In this document: piece by piece, positions 1 to 13,189 of the stretch
How the letters are laid out: each line of letters begins with the position of its first letter
Numbering within the stretch: the stretch's first letter is position 1
Assembly: GCF_009914755.1 (NCBI RefSeq)
Contig: NC_060936.1
Length of the DNA stretch: 64,000 nucleotides
Origin: the human T2T-CHM13v2.0 reference genome, Homo sapiens
Strand: one strand, 5' to 3'
Notes under the pieces: model-generated
Seen by the model: only the letters and a program-made list of their open reading frames with translations
What the model was told of the DNA's origin: nothing
Database searches by the model: none
Translations under genes and position numbers: made by a program

Positions 1-3000
1 TGCTGCTGTCGCCACTTAACATTAAATATGTTCTAGTGGATTTTAATCCTAGTGGCCAGTTCTATGATACTGTATGTATTATACAGCTGATGACAGGAGT
101 AAGACTGTTTAGTGAATATCTGTTAAATTTTATTGTTGTGGCCAGAGATAATTTCAGAATAAAATTTTAATGTCCTACCTTACTTCTCTCCCCTTTCTAA
201 CTATAATTTAACTCCTGATCTATTTCTGGTATTATCCTTTGTCAATTAGCCTGGAGAGGGTTTAGAATGCAAAATGGATAGCTCTATATCAGGGTCTTGA
301 GAAGTTAAAATAATTCATTCTACTAGTTTGTTCATAGCAATACTTTATTAGTTCAATATAAGTATGCAGATTCCAAGTGGAAAAACAAAGGTTTTAGTAA
401 GTAGTTCTTGCTTTTCCCAGGATATTCTATTCCTTCACCTGTCAGATTTTTATGTTAACTTTTTTATATATAGCCTCTGCTGTGTTCTTTATTATGCTAG
501 AGCTTCATATCTTCTTTTATTTTAACCTTCACAATGATAGTTAAGCTGGGGGAGCAGAACCTGTCAATTATTCCCCACCAGTCTTCATTCTTTTCTCTGC
601 ACAAGTTCTGGTAAATTATTCTAATGTGCTCTAACCAGTTCCACCCAATGTTTTTTAATGCTTATGAGTTTGCAGTTTTTGTACTTGGTGGTCTCTGTGG
701 TTCACATTTTTTTGTGTTGTAGTGTCTCCTGCCTCGGTTGGCTCAGAAAATAAGGCCTAGGAACTGCAATTAGCTCATGATTTGTCAAGTTCAGTTAGTA
801 CCAAGCTAAGAGTTTACTTACAGATGACAGCAAGCAGATGCTCTAGTAATTCGTCAGACATTGCAGGGATATTGTGTAGTCAGATATTACCCTCTTGTGG
901 AAAGAACTACCTCACATCATTATTTATTTCCCTTCTGTTACCAACAGCCAAGGAATTACTTAGTGTGGCTCCCTGCATCAATACTGGGATATGCTTAAAC
1001 AAGGGAATGCCATAAGAGTTCCCAATTGCCTCGTCATAGCCTGGGCCATAGATTTTTGTTACTGCTAATCTTGCTTCTTAAAGTTCACACCCAGTGCAAA
1101 AAACCCAATCAGCAAACTAACCCCAAAATCCAATATATTTAGAAATGTAAGTGTTAAGAGATGTGCATTATGTACAAAATTGAAAATTGGTGCTAAAGTG
1201 GCAATGTCAATTTAAAATTTCTTGTCCAGATCTGACTGACTGACTCAGGAGATTATAGTTCCTACTCATTCTCTTTCCTTTTATCAGATCTTTCAAAAGC
1301 GCTTTTTAAAATTGATCAATGTGCAATTCTGTTTGAGTCTCTACAGTCCTATCCCTTTTGGAATGAACAGCTACACAAATAAATATTCTTGGAACTTCGA
1401 AGTTGTCTTCAAACTAGCTCTAGAAAATGTCCCTAGTTGACATTAGTGTTGGTCTGTTAGAAGGGGAAATTGATTTGACTGCTTCATGTTTTGAAAAGAG
1501 CATTAAGAGGGATTTGAGGAAGGTATATGTGGCTTTCTTTTTTCTTAAGTTTGAATTACACTTGATTTCCTTTGGGTTATTAGGCAGATAAACCCTTGTC
1601 ATTAGTAATACTTAGCACTGTCCAAAATGAAAAATGACTGCCAGTGTGTTGCACATACATAAGAAAATTACATCTTACTGCGAAGTCTTTGGTTTGTTTC
1701 CTTATTTGGTTTGACTTTGACTTACTATTTTGCTATGGTCATATCCTTAATATCTGCGGTACATTTCATATGTATATATGGGGTGGGAGCATAATTGCCA
1801 TTCCCATGTGTCTCAAGGAAGCTTAATGAGGAAACTAATGAGTTAATATTAACTCTTCTGAAGAAAGCTGACATTTTAGGAGTATTAAGTCATCTGTCGT
1901 TAAGGAGCAGCAAGAATATATTATGATTGTATCACATGTTCCAGAAGAGCATTACCCCTTACATAGAAAGCTCCTTGGAGATTTCATGATGTTGGATGAA
2001 CATCAGTTTATCCTTATACATCCCTATGAGCTATAATTATCCTCATTTGATACTTGAGGAAACTGAAGTGACTTGCTCCAAAGTGACTACAAAAACATTG
2101 CAGTTTGAGGCTTAGGTTGTAATCAGGTAATTTTGGTCTTGGACAGTAAGGGAAAATCCATAATACATAAAACACAAAAGTTTAGAAAGGGGGGGAAGTT
2201 GAGCTAGCAATGGGCATTTCTATTATTTAAGTTACATATCAGTTTCCAGGAATATTTTTCAAATGGGACAAACTAAAAAGTTGAGGACTAGAGCATCGTA
2301 GTGTCTAAGTGCACCTAATAACTTAATGCATGTGCACACACCCTCAGTTAATTTGTAAGAGAGTGACTTCTCATTGTTATTTGTGGAGAGGCTAATTATA
2401 GTAGCTTCATTCTTTATTTTCTGTGTTCTTAAATTTTTTTTTACATTTGAAAGTATGAAAATACTATTTTTGACACTTTACTGATACTCAGGGATTAAAA
2501 GTTAAATTTTACTGACTGTAGCAGCAGGTAAATCTCTTAAATTTACTCAGGTTTCCTATCCTTTGCCTCCATATTTAAGAAAATATAGAATGCCTGCCAG
2601 GGAAATATATAAAAATAAAAATTTCAAATACAATTTTAAAATACCAATTTGTAAATAAACCAATTTTACAAACTAAAATATTGTGTCTTTCCTTGCTTTT
2701 TATCCCAATTTATCTCCCCTCCTAAGTTTGAGGAGTTTTATATATTAAGGCTATTTCTTCATTTGTAAAAATGAAGTATGCTATTTGCAAAGCAAAAGCC
2801 CATGAAAAGCCCCAAATCATTTAAGTAAAGCTTACTGAATTGTTTTCAATTGTTTTGGGAGAAATGTAACTAATTATAAGCAATTTATGTGGACCAGCAG
2901 CAAATAAATGTATGAGTACATTTGGGCGAATTTGTCATCTTTTTATCTGAAGAGGAATACCCTACTTAATTTCCCTTGTCTGTAAAATTGAGTTTATCAG

Positions 3001-3050
3001 AATTTTGGCTAGGGTAGCTTTAAATATATATATAGAAAATGCAGATGGCA
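1..3050 (+). other. Repeat-free AT-rich segment, probable 3' UTR/terminal region of an unidentified upstream gene
   Basis: No recognisable interspersed repeat until the L2 at ~3050; several AATAAA hexamers (158, ~1378, ~2615, ~2654, ~2902). UTR status is inference. Confidence 0.4.
158..163 (+). terminator. Candidate polyadenylation signal AATAAA
   Basis: AATAAA at 158-163, upstream TGTA elements (71-78), pyrimidine/U-rich tract downstream (179-200). Confidence 0.4.
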
Positions 3051-3744
3051 TTTATTTGTCAAATATTTATTAAATAAGCCTCCTACAGCCCAGAATCTTG
3101 TAGGCACTAGGGATATATAATGCTGAACAAAACACACAGTGCCTTTTTCAGGGAGTTTTTAGACTGGTTGGGAAGGCAGACATTACATGGGTAATTATAT
3201 GAACAAATACATATTTTATACAACAAATACTTTGCATAGTTGCAAAGTAGTAAGTGCTGTGAAGAAAAAGCATGTTGTGCTGAGTGTGTGTGCAATGTTG
3301 TATGGATCAAAGATGGCTTCCCCAGGAAACAAATAGCTTTTGAGCTGAGGAACAAAGAGCATGAATAGAGACCCTGTAGCTAGCTAGAGGAAATAAGGTG
3401 AACAACTGAAGGCAGGGCCACTTGGCCAGAGCCCAGAGAATGAGAGAATTTGGTGTGAAACGAAAGTGATGAGGTGAACCAGAACATGCCAAGCCCTGTA
3501 GGTGCTATTAAGGATTTTGGTCCTTACCCTATAAGTAAGGAAGCCACCAAGAGATTTTTGAGGAGGAAATGCCATGAGCAGATTGGCTCTTCCTGGCTGT
3601 CTTTATAGGAAAGTACTGAGAAGGGTAAGAGTAGATGAAGGAAGCCCAACTGGAAGTGTTTGCAAGATATGGCAGACTGGCCCACAGGATGGGGATGGAC
3701 ATTTAAAGAAAATGGATTTGAGGGCTCATAAGGATACAGAAAAA
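3048..3744 (-). mobile_element. L2 LINE fragment
   Basis: CATTTATTTGTCAAATATTTATT...AGGCACTAGGGATATA resembles the reverse-complemented L2 3' end; later L2 motifs (TAAGGATTTTGGTCCTTACCCTATAAGTAAGGAAGCCACC). Confidence 0.7.
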
Positions 3745-3895
3745 CAGATGCTCTCTGATTTACAATAGGTCAACTTAAAATGTTTTGAGTTTGTGATGGG
3801 TTTATCTGGTATTGAATGCACTTTCAGTTTACAACATTTTCAACTTCGGATGGGTTTATCAGGAAGTAGCCCTTTCATAAGTCCAGGCCCATCTG
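3745..3895. mobile_element. Tigger-derived MITE (MER47/Tigger5-like)
   Basis: Terminal inverted repeats CAGATGCTC... / ...CCCATCTG; internal GATGGGTTTATC motif twice. Confidence 0.65.
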
Positions 3896-4250
3896 CATTA
3901 AGGTAGAAATAACAGTGATGTCTCTTTGTGTCTGAAAAGTTGTTGTTGCTATTTGTGTCTGGTTTGCTACATTGCATCAAAAGGAATCACAGTATCTTAT
4001 TTGTTTAAGAAAAGAAAGGGTTGCAAATTAATGCCTTTGGTTACAAAGTATGAAGCACTGGTATACTATCTTTTGCTGAAGATTTGAAGCCTTTGAGTAG
4101 AATCTTGTTTATTAATTCATTCAAATTCTTTTCAGGAAATTTTAAATTTTAAAAAGATTATAAAAATGGGGTGGGGGGATTTTACATATTAAGTTTTTAT
4201 ATTAAGACTAAAATGAATGAAGGGAAGAAGGGAGGGAGGGGGAGAGGGAG

Positions 4251-4360
4251 GCAACTAGATTCGTGAGAAAGAAAAACAGACTAGGAGGTCAGCAAAGGCT
4301 GCTGTGGCCTAGTGGCTGAATGTGGTGTTCTGAAGGAGGAAGGAGCTCAAGAGCAAGCAA
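4251..4360 (+). repeat. ~110-bp direct copy of 5320-5430 flanked by inverted arms 4213-4250 and 4367-4409
   Basis: GCAACTAGATTCGTGAGAAAGAAAAACAGACT...GTTCTGAAGGAGGAAGGAGCTCAAGAGCA matches GCAGCTAGATTCGTGAGAAAGAATAACAGACT...GTTCTGAAGGAGGAAGGAGCTGAAGAGCA. Confidence 0.9.
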
Positions 4361-5849
4361 GGCAAACTCCCTCTCCCCCTCCCTGCCTTTCTTCTTCCCT
4401 TCCTTTCATAGAAATTAAACTTTTACTCTCTAAGATGGTATATTTGGATTTGGCATATTTGAGTTTACCAAAACAAAAAAAAAATTATAAAAAGTGAAAG
4501 AGGAGGAGAAGGAGGAGATCAATCCCTGCCTTTGAGGACATTATGTTTAATTAGGAAGACAAGATTGGACAGAAAATATTAAGTTTAGAACATTGAAAGA
4601 TGAAATTCAGAATAAGTGCAGGTCATTTGTGTTGCTCTTGGATAATAATAGCTTTCAGAAGGTGGGTCTCCAGCCAGGACTTGATGGAATTCAGATTGAG
4701 AGAGAGAAAAAGGATATTCTAAGAGAAGCAAATTGCTTTAACTGAGGGATGTCATGAATCATTCATTCGTATGTCATCCAGTATTTACTGAGCACCTACG
4801 TGTATAATTTTTGGCATAATGCAAAGGATGGGCAAAGAGACTGGGTTTGTGGCAGTGTGAAGAAGGGAGAATAATTTCTTCGGAAGGTAGGCCTTGTCCT
4901 GTGGTTTTTCTCAAATGTGCCATGTTGTTGTAGCCACAACACATGTGCTGTCTCTGTCTAGAGTGCATTTGCCAATCTCTGCCTCATCCTGTGAGATTCA
5001 GCCCAGACCAGATGTCACTGCCCCTACAAAGTCCTCTTTAAGCTGAGGTTGAGCAAGATCACCCTTACCAAAAGGTAACACTGGCAATCTCTCTGCTAAC
5101 TGCAAGGTGAGTAGAACTGAGTTGAGAAGGCAGCAGAATCCTCTCCCCTGTTTCCCTCCATCCTTCCCATTGGGCACACACTGGCAAAAAAAAAAAAAAA
5201 GAAAAGAAAAACAAAAAGCAAGTGATGTCTGAAGATACCATGTTAGTAAGGGAGGTACTTGTTAACCAGACAATCATAAAATGTTTATAGTTTGTAAGCA
5301 GTGCCCAGCATGAGAAGAAGCAGCTAGATTCGTGAGAAAGAATAACAGACTGGGAAGTCAGCAAAGGCCGCTCTGGCATAGTGGCGTGGATGTGGTGTTC
5401 TGAAGGAGGAAGGAGCTGAAGAGCAGGCCAGAGCACGGGGTGGAGGCTTGCCAAGTCTGGAGTTTGGTGAGCCAGGGGAAAGCTCGTGCAGGATAAGGAG
5501 GGACAGAAATGCAATGCCGGACCTTGGAGAAGGCCACACAGACCATTTGGAGGAGCTGGGAATTTATTCTGATTACACCAGGAAGCCATTGATGCATGTA
5601 CAATAAATTAAAAAAAAAACAAAAAAAAAATCATTCTGGTTTCCTATGGAGAAAAACTGGAGGGGAGCCATATGGAGATGGTGCCACTCTATGAGACAGA
5701 GGACTTCTAACCATCTGGGAGGAGTTGAGAGAGATCATTTGATGGAAGAATGGTCCTCCACCAGAAGTTCTGTTTAAGAAGTGAAGTGAGGTGGGGATAA
5801 GGCTACGCAGGATTCTGAGGATACCATTTGTGTTGCTATTTTTGTAATT

Positions 5850-6670
5850 GAAATAATGTAGGCTGAAAAAAAGTGTTTTTACAGCGTGACTACGTAAAAA
5901 TTACAGATGCAATGTAATTAATCTATAAAGGACATTTAAAACCAGTAAGAAAAATGCTAATATTCCAGTGGAAAAAAGAGACAATAATACCTTCAAAAAA
6001 TTTACATGAGCAACATAAATGGACCAAAAAAATTATAAATTATAAATCAAAGTAATAAAAATTAAAGCCATGAGTTTATTTTTAACCCACAAAATATCAA
6101 CAATTAATTAAACAACCATTTTTATTGCTAGCAAGGGTGTGGAGTGATATAAAGCACTCGTTTGATGCTGCTGGGGCATAATTAGCAGAGCCTTTCTGGA
6201 GGGCACTTGGTAATCTGTACCAAGAGCTTTAGAAATGCTCATTCATTTTTACCTGTTGATTCTACTTCCAGAAATTGGTATCAGAATCCATGATGTAAAC
6301 AAAGAGTTATGTACAAGAATAATCATATCTACTAGCACAAACTTAGAAAAAAACCTTGTATCTATTAACAGAGGTTTGCTTAATAAATTATATCAATTAT
6401 GAACAACATGTTTACAGTGTAATATTAAAGAAAAAAAGGGGGGCACACAAGTGAATGTCCTCCCTACCAAAGCAGGCAAAGGCAGAGGCAGAGATGGCAT
6501 TGGGAAAAGAATTAGAAAGAAATACAGCAAAGTATTAACAGGTAGCTGATACTAATTTTAATTTTCTTATATATTTTTCATCAGTTTTCACAATAACCAT
6601 ATTTTAAAAATATATTTAAAAACTCAATACATTATTATAAAGAAAAACATTTGTAAGGAATGAATAAAAC
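5850..6670 (+). mobile_element. Old L1 (L1ME-like) 3' fragment
   Basis: L1M ORF2-end/3'UTR motifs: GCCTTTCTGGAGGGCACTTGGTAATCTGTACCAAGAGC, ATTCTACTTCCAGAAATT, TTAATAAATTATATC. Confidence 0.6.
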
Positions 6671-7399
6671 CAAAAGAAAACTGCTATGGACTAAGTAAAC
6701 AGAGCACTTTAATAATAGGGAGGAAATTTGCTTCCTGGCCTATTGAACCATGTGAACCAGTTCCTACATTTGCCAGGTACTTTCTCACTTCTGGTTTCCA
6801 CCAACTTGGAATATGGCCCTCTCCTTGGCCTGGCTCACTCCTGCTGTCCCCATGTCTCAAGTAGCTGTGCTTCCTCCCTCTGCCCTGCCTGTCTCCCTCA
6901 CTCAGCCTTCATCAGATGAACTGAGAGGATCCTGCCATCTCCCATGTTCATCTCAGTGACTACTTTCTAGACCTTAGAATTGAGTGGTCAGGCTGGTTTA
7001 ATTATCACACTTTGGGTTCCTTGAGGGCCAGGGACTGTCTTTCTTGCTGACATAAAGGGACGATCCCCAGGGACTGACATAAAGTTTGGGACAAAACAGG
7101 GCCTCAGTAAAAGTTTGTGAGTGAGTAAATTGCTTGGGGAGGGTGGTTCAAGAGAGATGTGCACAAAGGAAGGCATCTTTGAGATGGCTTTGAGAAGGAG
7201 TTTTGGAGAGAGTGCAGGAAATGGAACGTATTACCCAGTGCCTGGAGGCTGGTGGTGAGGAAATGGTGTGGTGGGTACAGGCCCGCTCATGAACGTCGGC
7301 CGTGAATGTGGGGAGATGGAGAGAAAGATGATGAGCAAAGGTGGAGCAAGTGAGTATTTTTTCCAGGTAGGCAAAAGTAATCAGTCTAGTACTTTCTTC

Positions 7400-7980
7400 T
7401 ACTTAAACTCTCCACTGACCTCTCATCACACTAAGGATAACATGGGTAATTTCCTTGACATGTCCTTCAAAGCCCTTTGCGATTGGGCTCCTGCTTCTTT
7501 CCAACGTCATTTGGTTCCATTCTTCCCTGGCTCAGTGCATTCCAGCCACATCTGTTTTCTGTGTGTTTCCTGAATGTCTGTCTCATTCCTGCCTCAGGAC
7601 ATTAGTACTTCCTGCTCCCTCTGCTGAAACCCCTCTGCGCTCTCTCCTTGTGTGGTTGGTGTCTTACTGTTTATCACTTAGATCTGACACTATCTGCTTA
7701 GATAGTACTTCCTTGGCCACTCTACCAGTGCCCATTTCCCCCACCCCTAGTCCTTCTCTGTCACGTTACCCTGTTTATTTTTTTTTTAAGTGTCTTACAA
7801 AAGACACTGATCAGTGTCTGGAAAAACCTTATTTATCTGTTTAATGATTGTTTATTGTCTGTCTCCCTCAATAAGTGTAAGTTACATTATGCTAGTTCTT
7901 GTTACCTCTGTATTTCCTATTGCCTTAAACAGCACTGGCATGCAGTAGGCATTCCACAACTGTTTGTTATTGAATATAAA
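7400..7980 (+). mobile_element. L2 LINE 3' fragment
   Basis: CAAAGCCCTTTGCGATTGGGCTCCTGC...CTCAGGACATTAGTACTTCCTGCTCCCTCTGC...CAGCACTGGCATGCAGTAGGCATTCC...TTGAAT. Confidence 0.7.
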
Positions 7981-8371
7981 GGCTTATGTGTGTTGGAGGA
8001 AGTAAAGAAGAAGCCAGTGGAGAGGGAGAAATTAGAAATGTTATATGCCAGGAAGGCAAATAGGTATCATTTCTAGTGCCAACCTTGAATGCTTGGTAGT
8101 GGCTGCCTAGAACCCTGCCTTAGGATTATGCAGTTTCCTCAGGGTTCAGCAGAAAACAATGCTATAATTGATTAACAATGTCTTATTGCTAATTAGCAAA
8201 TTCCATAGGCATAGGAAGGGGCAGTTTAGTGGTTGAATAATAGACTTCTATTTCAGTGTGCATTGCTTCAATTCTTGTCTTGACACATGGACATTGTTTT
8301 CAGGATATGGCTGAGACTAGATCTCAGTTAATGTATAGGTTGTTGGGTTTTTCCTTTACAAACCTGTATAA

Positions 8372-8761
<390 letters not shown>

Positions 8762-9850
8762 TAGTATAATTTACTAATTTGTTCTTTAATGTGATATTTG
8801 TCCATATGTGTGTATGCCTTCAGTGGTATGGGAAAAGGACAGCAAGTATTTCTTAATCATCTTAGTCTCCTTTCTTTTATACTTTCAGTGCTTGATCTTT
8901 TGGGTGATATCAGAATGGTAGCTACTTCTGGGTAAACATCATTAACAAGCCCTCTGGCCAGCAGTAAGAGGTGGCCTCCCTGGGATGACAAGGTAGAAGG
9001 GAGCTGCAGTTGAGTTGTTTTCCTATTTCAGATACTCCCTATCTCCTTTTAGGTTTGGAATCTGCAAGTCTCTTACCCTCTAGGCTAATTATTTCCTTTT
9101 GAGAGCAGTGAGGCCTTTTATCAAGATGGCTACATTCTTGTGTGTCCTGACGCACAAATGATGAGTAATGGGCTGATTAGCCCAGTGACCTTCATGAATG
9201 ATAAAAAGGGAACATAAAGATGAGAGGTTTTTCCCACTCTGGGAATCAGCTTCTCTCTGGACTTTTTTCAAGACATGCTCCCTTACAATAAATAGTACAT
9301 TGCGCTTATTTCTTGTCTGATCCATGCATCCTGATATTTTGAAATGAGAATTTTAAAACCAAGGATGGAGTACTTGACTCCCAGGCCCCTGACCAGGATC
9401 TGCTTAGCACACACTATTTAATAGTGTTCAGATTAACTTCTGGGCACCTGCGAGCCACCACAGTGCTGCTATTTTGATAATCCCATGGTTTAGAGGCCCT
9501 GACACCATGGCCACTTCCACCTTTTACTCTGATTAAGCGCTCATGTTGCTATTCTGTGAACCAGTGCCAGAGAGGAAGGTTGGCTCTCTGTTTGGAAGTG
9601 GCCCAAGCTTCTATTATAACCACTTTGGGAAAAAAGGCAAAAGAGCAGCTGTCCTACACAGTGTCTTTCTCCTCCTCCTGCTCACCCAGTCTGAGCTCAG
9701 ACTTACCATGATTCCCTCATTTGACCTCGAGCATATCACCATCAGGGGTTTGCAATTCAAAGTACAGCATCATAGCAGACAGAACAATGGCTTGGCCAAA
9801 GATGTCCATGTCCTTATCCTCAGAATATGTGAACAGGTTAGGTTGCATGA

Positions 9851-12471
9851 TGTTTTGACTGCATTGTGTTTTCCCAGAACTCATATGTTGAAGCCTAACC
9901 CCCAATGTGTCTGTATTTGGAGATAGGGCCTTTAGGGAAGTAATTAAGGTTAAATGAGGTTGTAAGGATGCTGTTTGTATTAGTCCATTTTCACACTGCT
10001 GATAAAGACATACCCAAGACTGGGAAGAAAAGAGGTTTAATGGACTTACAGATGCACATGGCTGGGGAGGCCTCGCAATCATGGAGGAAGGCAAGGAGTA
10101 GCAAGTCACATCTTATGTGGATGGCAGCAGGCAGACAGAGGGAGCTTGTGCAGGGAACTCCTCTTTTTAAAACCATCAGATCTCATGAGGCTTATTCACT
10201 GTCACGAGAACAGCATGAGAAAGACTTGCCCCCATGATTCAACTACCTCCCACCACATCCCTCCCACAACTCATGGGAATTCAAGATGAGATTTAGGTGG
10301 AGACACAGCCAAACCATATCATCCCACTCCTGACCCCTCCCAAATTTCATGTCCTCACACTTCAAAACAATCATGCCTTCCCAACAGTCCCCCAAAGCCT
10401 TAACTCATTTCAGCATTAACTCAAAAGTCAACAGTCCAAAGTCTTATCTGAGACAAGTCAAGTCCCTTCTGCTTATGAGCCTGTAAAATCAAAAGCAAGT
10501 TAGTTACTTCCTAGATACAATGGGAGTACAGGCATTGGGTAAATATAGCCATTCCAAATGGGAGAAATTGGCCAAAACAAAGGGGCTACAGGCCCCATGC
10601 AAGTTTGAAATCCAGCAGGGCAGTCAAATCTTAAAGCTCCAAAATGATCTCCTTTGACTCCATGTCTCACATCCAGGTCATGCTGATGTAATAGGTGGGT
10701 TCCATGGTCTTGGGCAGCTCTGCCTCTGTGGCTTTGCAGGGTACAGCCTCCCTCCTGGCTGCCTTCACTGGCTGGCATTGAGTGTCTGTGGCTTTTTTCA
10801 GGTACACAGTGCAAGCTGTCAGTGGATCTACCATTCTGGGGTCTGGAGGACAGTGACCCTCTTCTCACAGCTCCACTAGGCAGTGCCACAGTAGGTACTC
10901 TGTGTGGGGGCTCCCACCCTACATCTCCCTTCCACATGCCCTAGCAGAGGTTCTCCATGAGGGCCCTGCCCCTGCAGCAAACTTCTGCCTGGACATCTCC
11001 AGGTGTTTCCATACATCTCCTGAAATCTAGACACAGGTTCCCAAACCTCAATTCTTGACTTTTGTGCACTCGCAGGCTGAACACCACGTGGAAGCCACAA
11101 AGGCTTGAGGCTTGCACCCTCTGAAGCCATAGCCTGAGCTCTACATTGGCCCCTTTCAGCCATGGCTGGGACACAGGGCACCAAATCCCTAGGCTGCACA
11201 CAGCATGGGGACCCTGGGACCAGCCCACGAAACCACTTTTTCCTCCTAGGCCTCCAGGCCTGTGATGGGAGGGGCTGCTGTGAAGACCTCTGACATGCCC
11301 TGGAGATATTTTCCCCATTGTCTTGATGATTAACATATGCCTCCTCGTTGCTTGTGCAAATGTCTGCAGCCAGCTTGAATTTCTCCTCTGTAAATGGGAT
11401 TTTCTTTTCTATTGCATTGTCAGACTGCAAATTTTCCAAACTTTTATTCTCTGCCTCCCTTGTAAAACTGAATGCCTTTAATAGCACCCAGGTCACCTCT
11501 TGAATGCTTTGCTGCTTAGAAATTTCTTCCACCAGATACCCTAAATCATCTCTCTCAAGTTCAAACTTCCACAAATCTCTAGGGCAGGGGCAAAATGCCA
11601 CCAGTCTCTTTGCTAAAACATAACAAGCATTACCTTTGCTCCAGTTCCCAACAAGTTCTTCATATCCATCTGAGACCACCTCAGCCTGGACCTTATTGTC
11701 CATATTGCTATCAGCATAATGCCATCCAACAAGTCTCTAGGAAGTTCAAAACTTTCCCACATTTTCCTGTCTTCTTCTGAGCCCTCCAGACTGTTCCAAC
11801 CTCTGCCTTTTACTCAGTTCTGAAGCCGCTTCCACATTTTCGGGCACCTTTTCAGCAGTGCCCCACTCTACCCATACCAATGTACTGTATTAGTCCATTT
11901 TCACACTGCTGATAAAGACATACCTGAGACTAGGAAGAAAAGAGGTTTAATGGATTTGCAGTTCCACATGGCTGGGGAGGCCTCACAATCATGGAGGAAG
12001 GCAAGGAGGAGCAAGTCACATCTTACATGGATGGCGGCAGGCAAAGAGAGCGTGTCAGATCTCATTAGACTTATTCACTATCACAAGAATAGCACAAGAA
12101 AGACTTGCCCACATAATTCAGTTACCTCCTACCAGGTCCCTCCCACAACAGGTGGGAATGAAAAATGAGATTTGGGTGTGGACACAGCCAAACCATATCA
12201 GTGTCCTAATCTAATAGGACTGGTGTCCTTATAAGAGGAGGAAGAGGCATCAGAGCTCACGTTCTCTCTACATGTGCACAGAGTAAACACCATGTGAGGA
12301 CACAGCAAGAATGCAGATATCTACAAACCAAGGAGAGGCCTCATCAGAAACAGATCCTGCTGGCACTTTGATCTTGGACTTCCAGCCTCCGGAATTGTGA
12401 GAAAATCAGTGTCCGTTGCTTAAGCCACCAGCCTGCAGTATTTTGTTATGGTAGCCAGAGCACTGAGTACA
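9851..12471 (+). mobile_element. MLT1A/B-like MaLR LTR (pieces 9851-9975 and 12201-12471)
   Basis: TG...CA termini with 5-bp TSD CATGA (9846-9850)/CATAA (12472-12476); CTCATATGTTGAAGCCTAACCCCCAATGTG; CCTAATCTAATAGGACTGGTGTCCTTATAAG. Confidence 0.8.
9976..12200 (-). mobile_element. Complete THE1 (THE1B/C-like) MaLR element: 3' LTR 9976-10321, internal 10322-11885, 5' LTR 11886-12200
   Basis: Two direct repeats TGTATTAGTCCATTTTCACACTGCTGATAAAGAC...CAGCCAAACCATATCA flanking the THE1 internal sequence; ORF remnants 10876-11703 and 10500-10937 on the minus strand. Confidence 0.93.
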
Positions 12472-13152
12472 CATAACAGAGAGGAATTAAAGTTGCAGAT
12501 GGAAATTAAGGTTGCTAATCAGCTGACATTGAGATGTGGAGAGGAGCTTGGATTATCTAGGTGGGTCCAATGTAATCCTTAAAAGTGGAAGAAGGCAAAG
12601 GTAATGAAGTCCTATTGACACCTTGGTTGTAACCTAGTGAGAACTGTATTGAATCTTTAACCTAAAACACTGTAAGATAATCAATTCACATTATTTTAAA
12701 CAACTACATTTTTGGTAATTTATTACAATATCAAGAGAAAATCAGTATAAACATGTTAGGGCATATTTTCTGTTTAATAACACTTTAATGAATATTTTGG
12801 ATATACACACATACTTGGGATTCATTTCCTCCAGAAAGAAACATTGATATAGGGAACAATAAAATGACAAATTTTATTCTATCTGTAGCCCCTATAAGTT
12901 GCCACTATGAGAACACTGAGTAAATGGAATAAAAAAGAGCACAAATTTGCCCTTTCAGTTTATTTTTCTTTCTTTGCCAAAACCAAAACCCACCAGAAGC
13001 AAAAATATTAAAGAACTCTGTATTTAAATTTAATTCGCTATTTAAATAAAGCAAAATTGAGGGTAACGTAATACCTACCTGCAAAGGAACTTTTGAGTAA
13101 TAGCTAATTCTCACCTTTATAATCATTACTTTTGAGAGAGAAAGAGAAAGAG

Positions 13153-13157
<5 letters not shown>

Positions 13158-13188
<31 letters not shown>
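13158..13188. repeat. (TG)n microsatellite
   Basis: Directly visible. Confidence 0.95.

Positions 13189-13189
<1 letters not shown>

Larger units (their letters stand above)
9771..12749 (+). mobile_element. MLT1D-like MaLR LTR (outer host; pieces 9771-9850 and 12472-12749)
   Basis: CAGAACAATGGC...AAAGATGTCCATGTCCTTATCC; resumes TTGCAGATGGAAATTAAGGTTGCTAATCAGCTGAC...TGGTAATTTATTACA. Confidence 0.75.

Noticed and set aside
782-1015. 77-aa ORF in the repeat-free region
   Set aside because: Non-ATG start, no recognisable domain in any frame I checked on either strand.
5065-5603. 174-aa and overlapping minus-strand ORFs
   Set aside because: Cross an A tract and L2-like sequence; no protein family resemblance.
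10876-11703. 275-aa ORF as a host gene
   Set aside because: It is the THE1 internal ORF remnant, not a cellular CDS.
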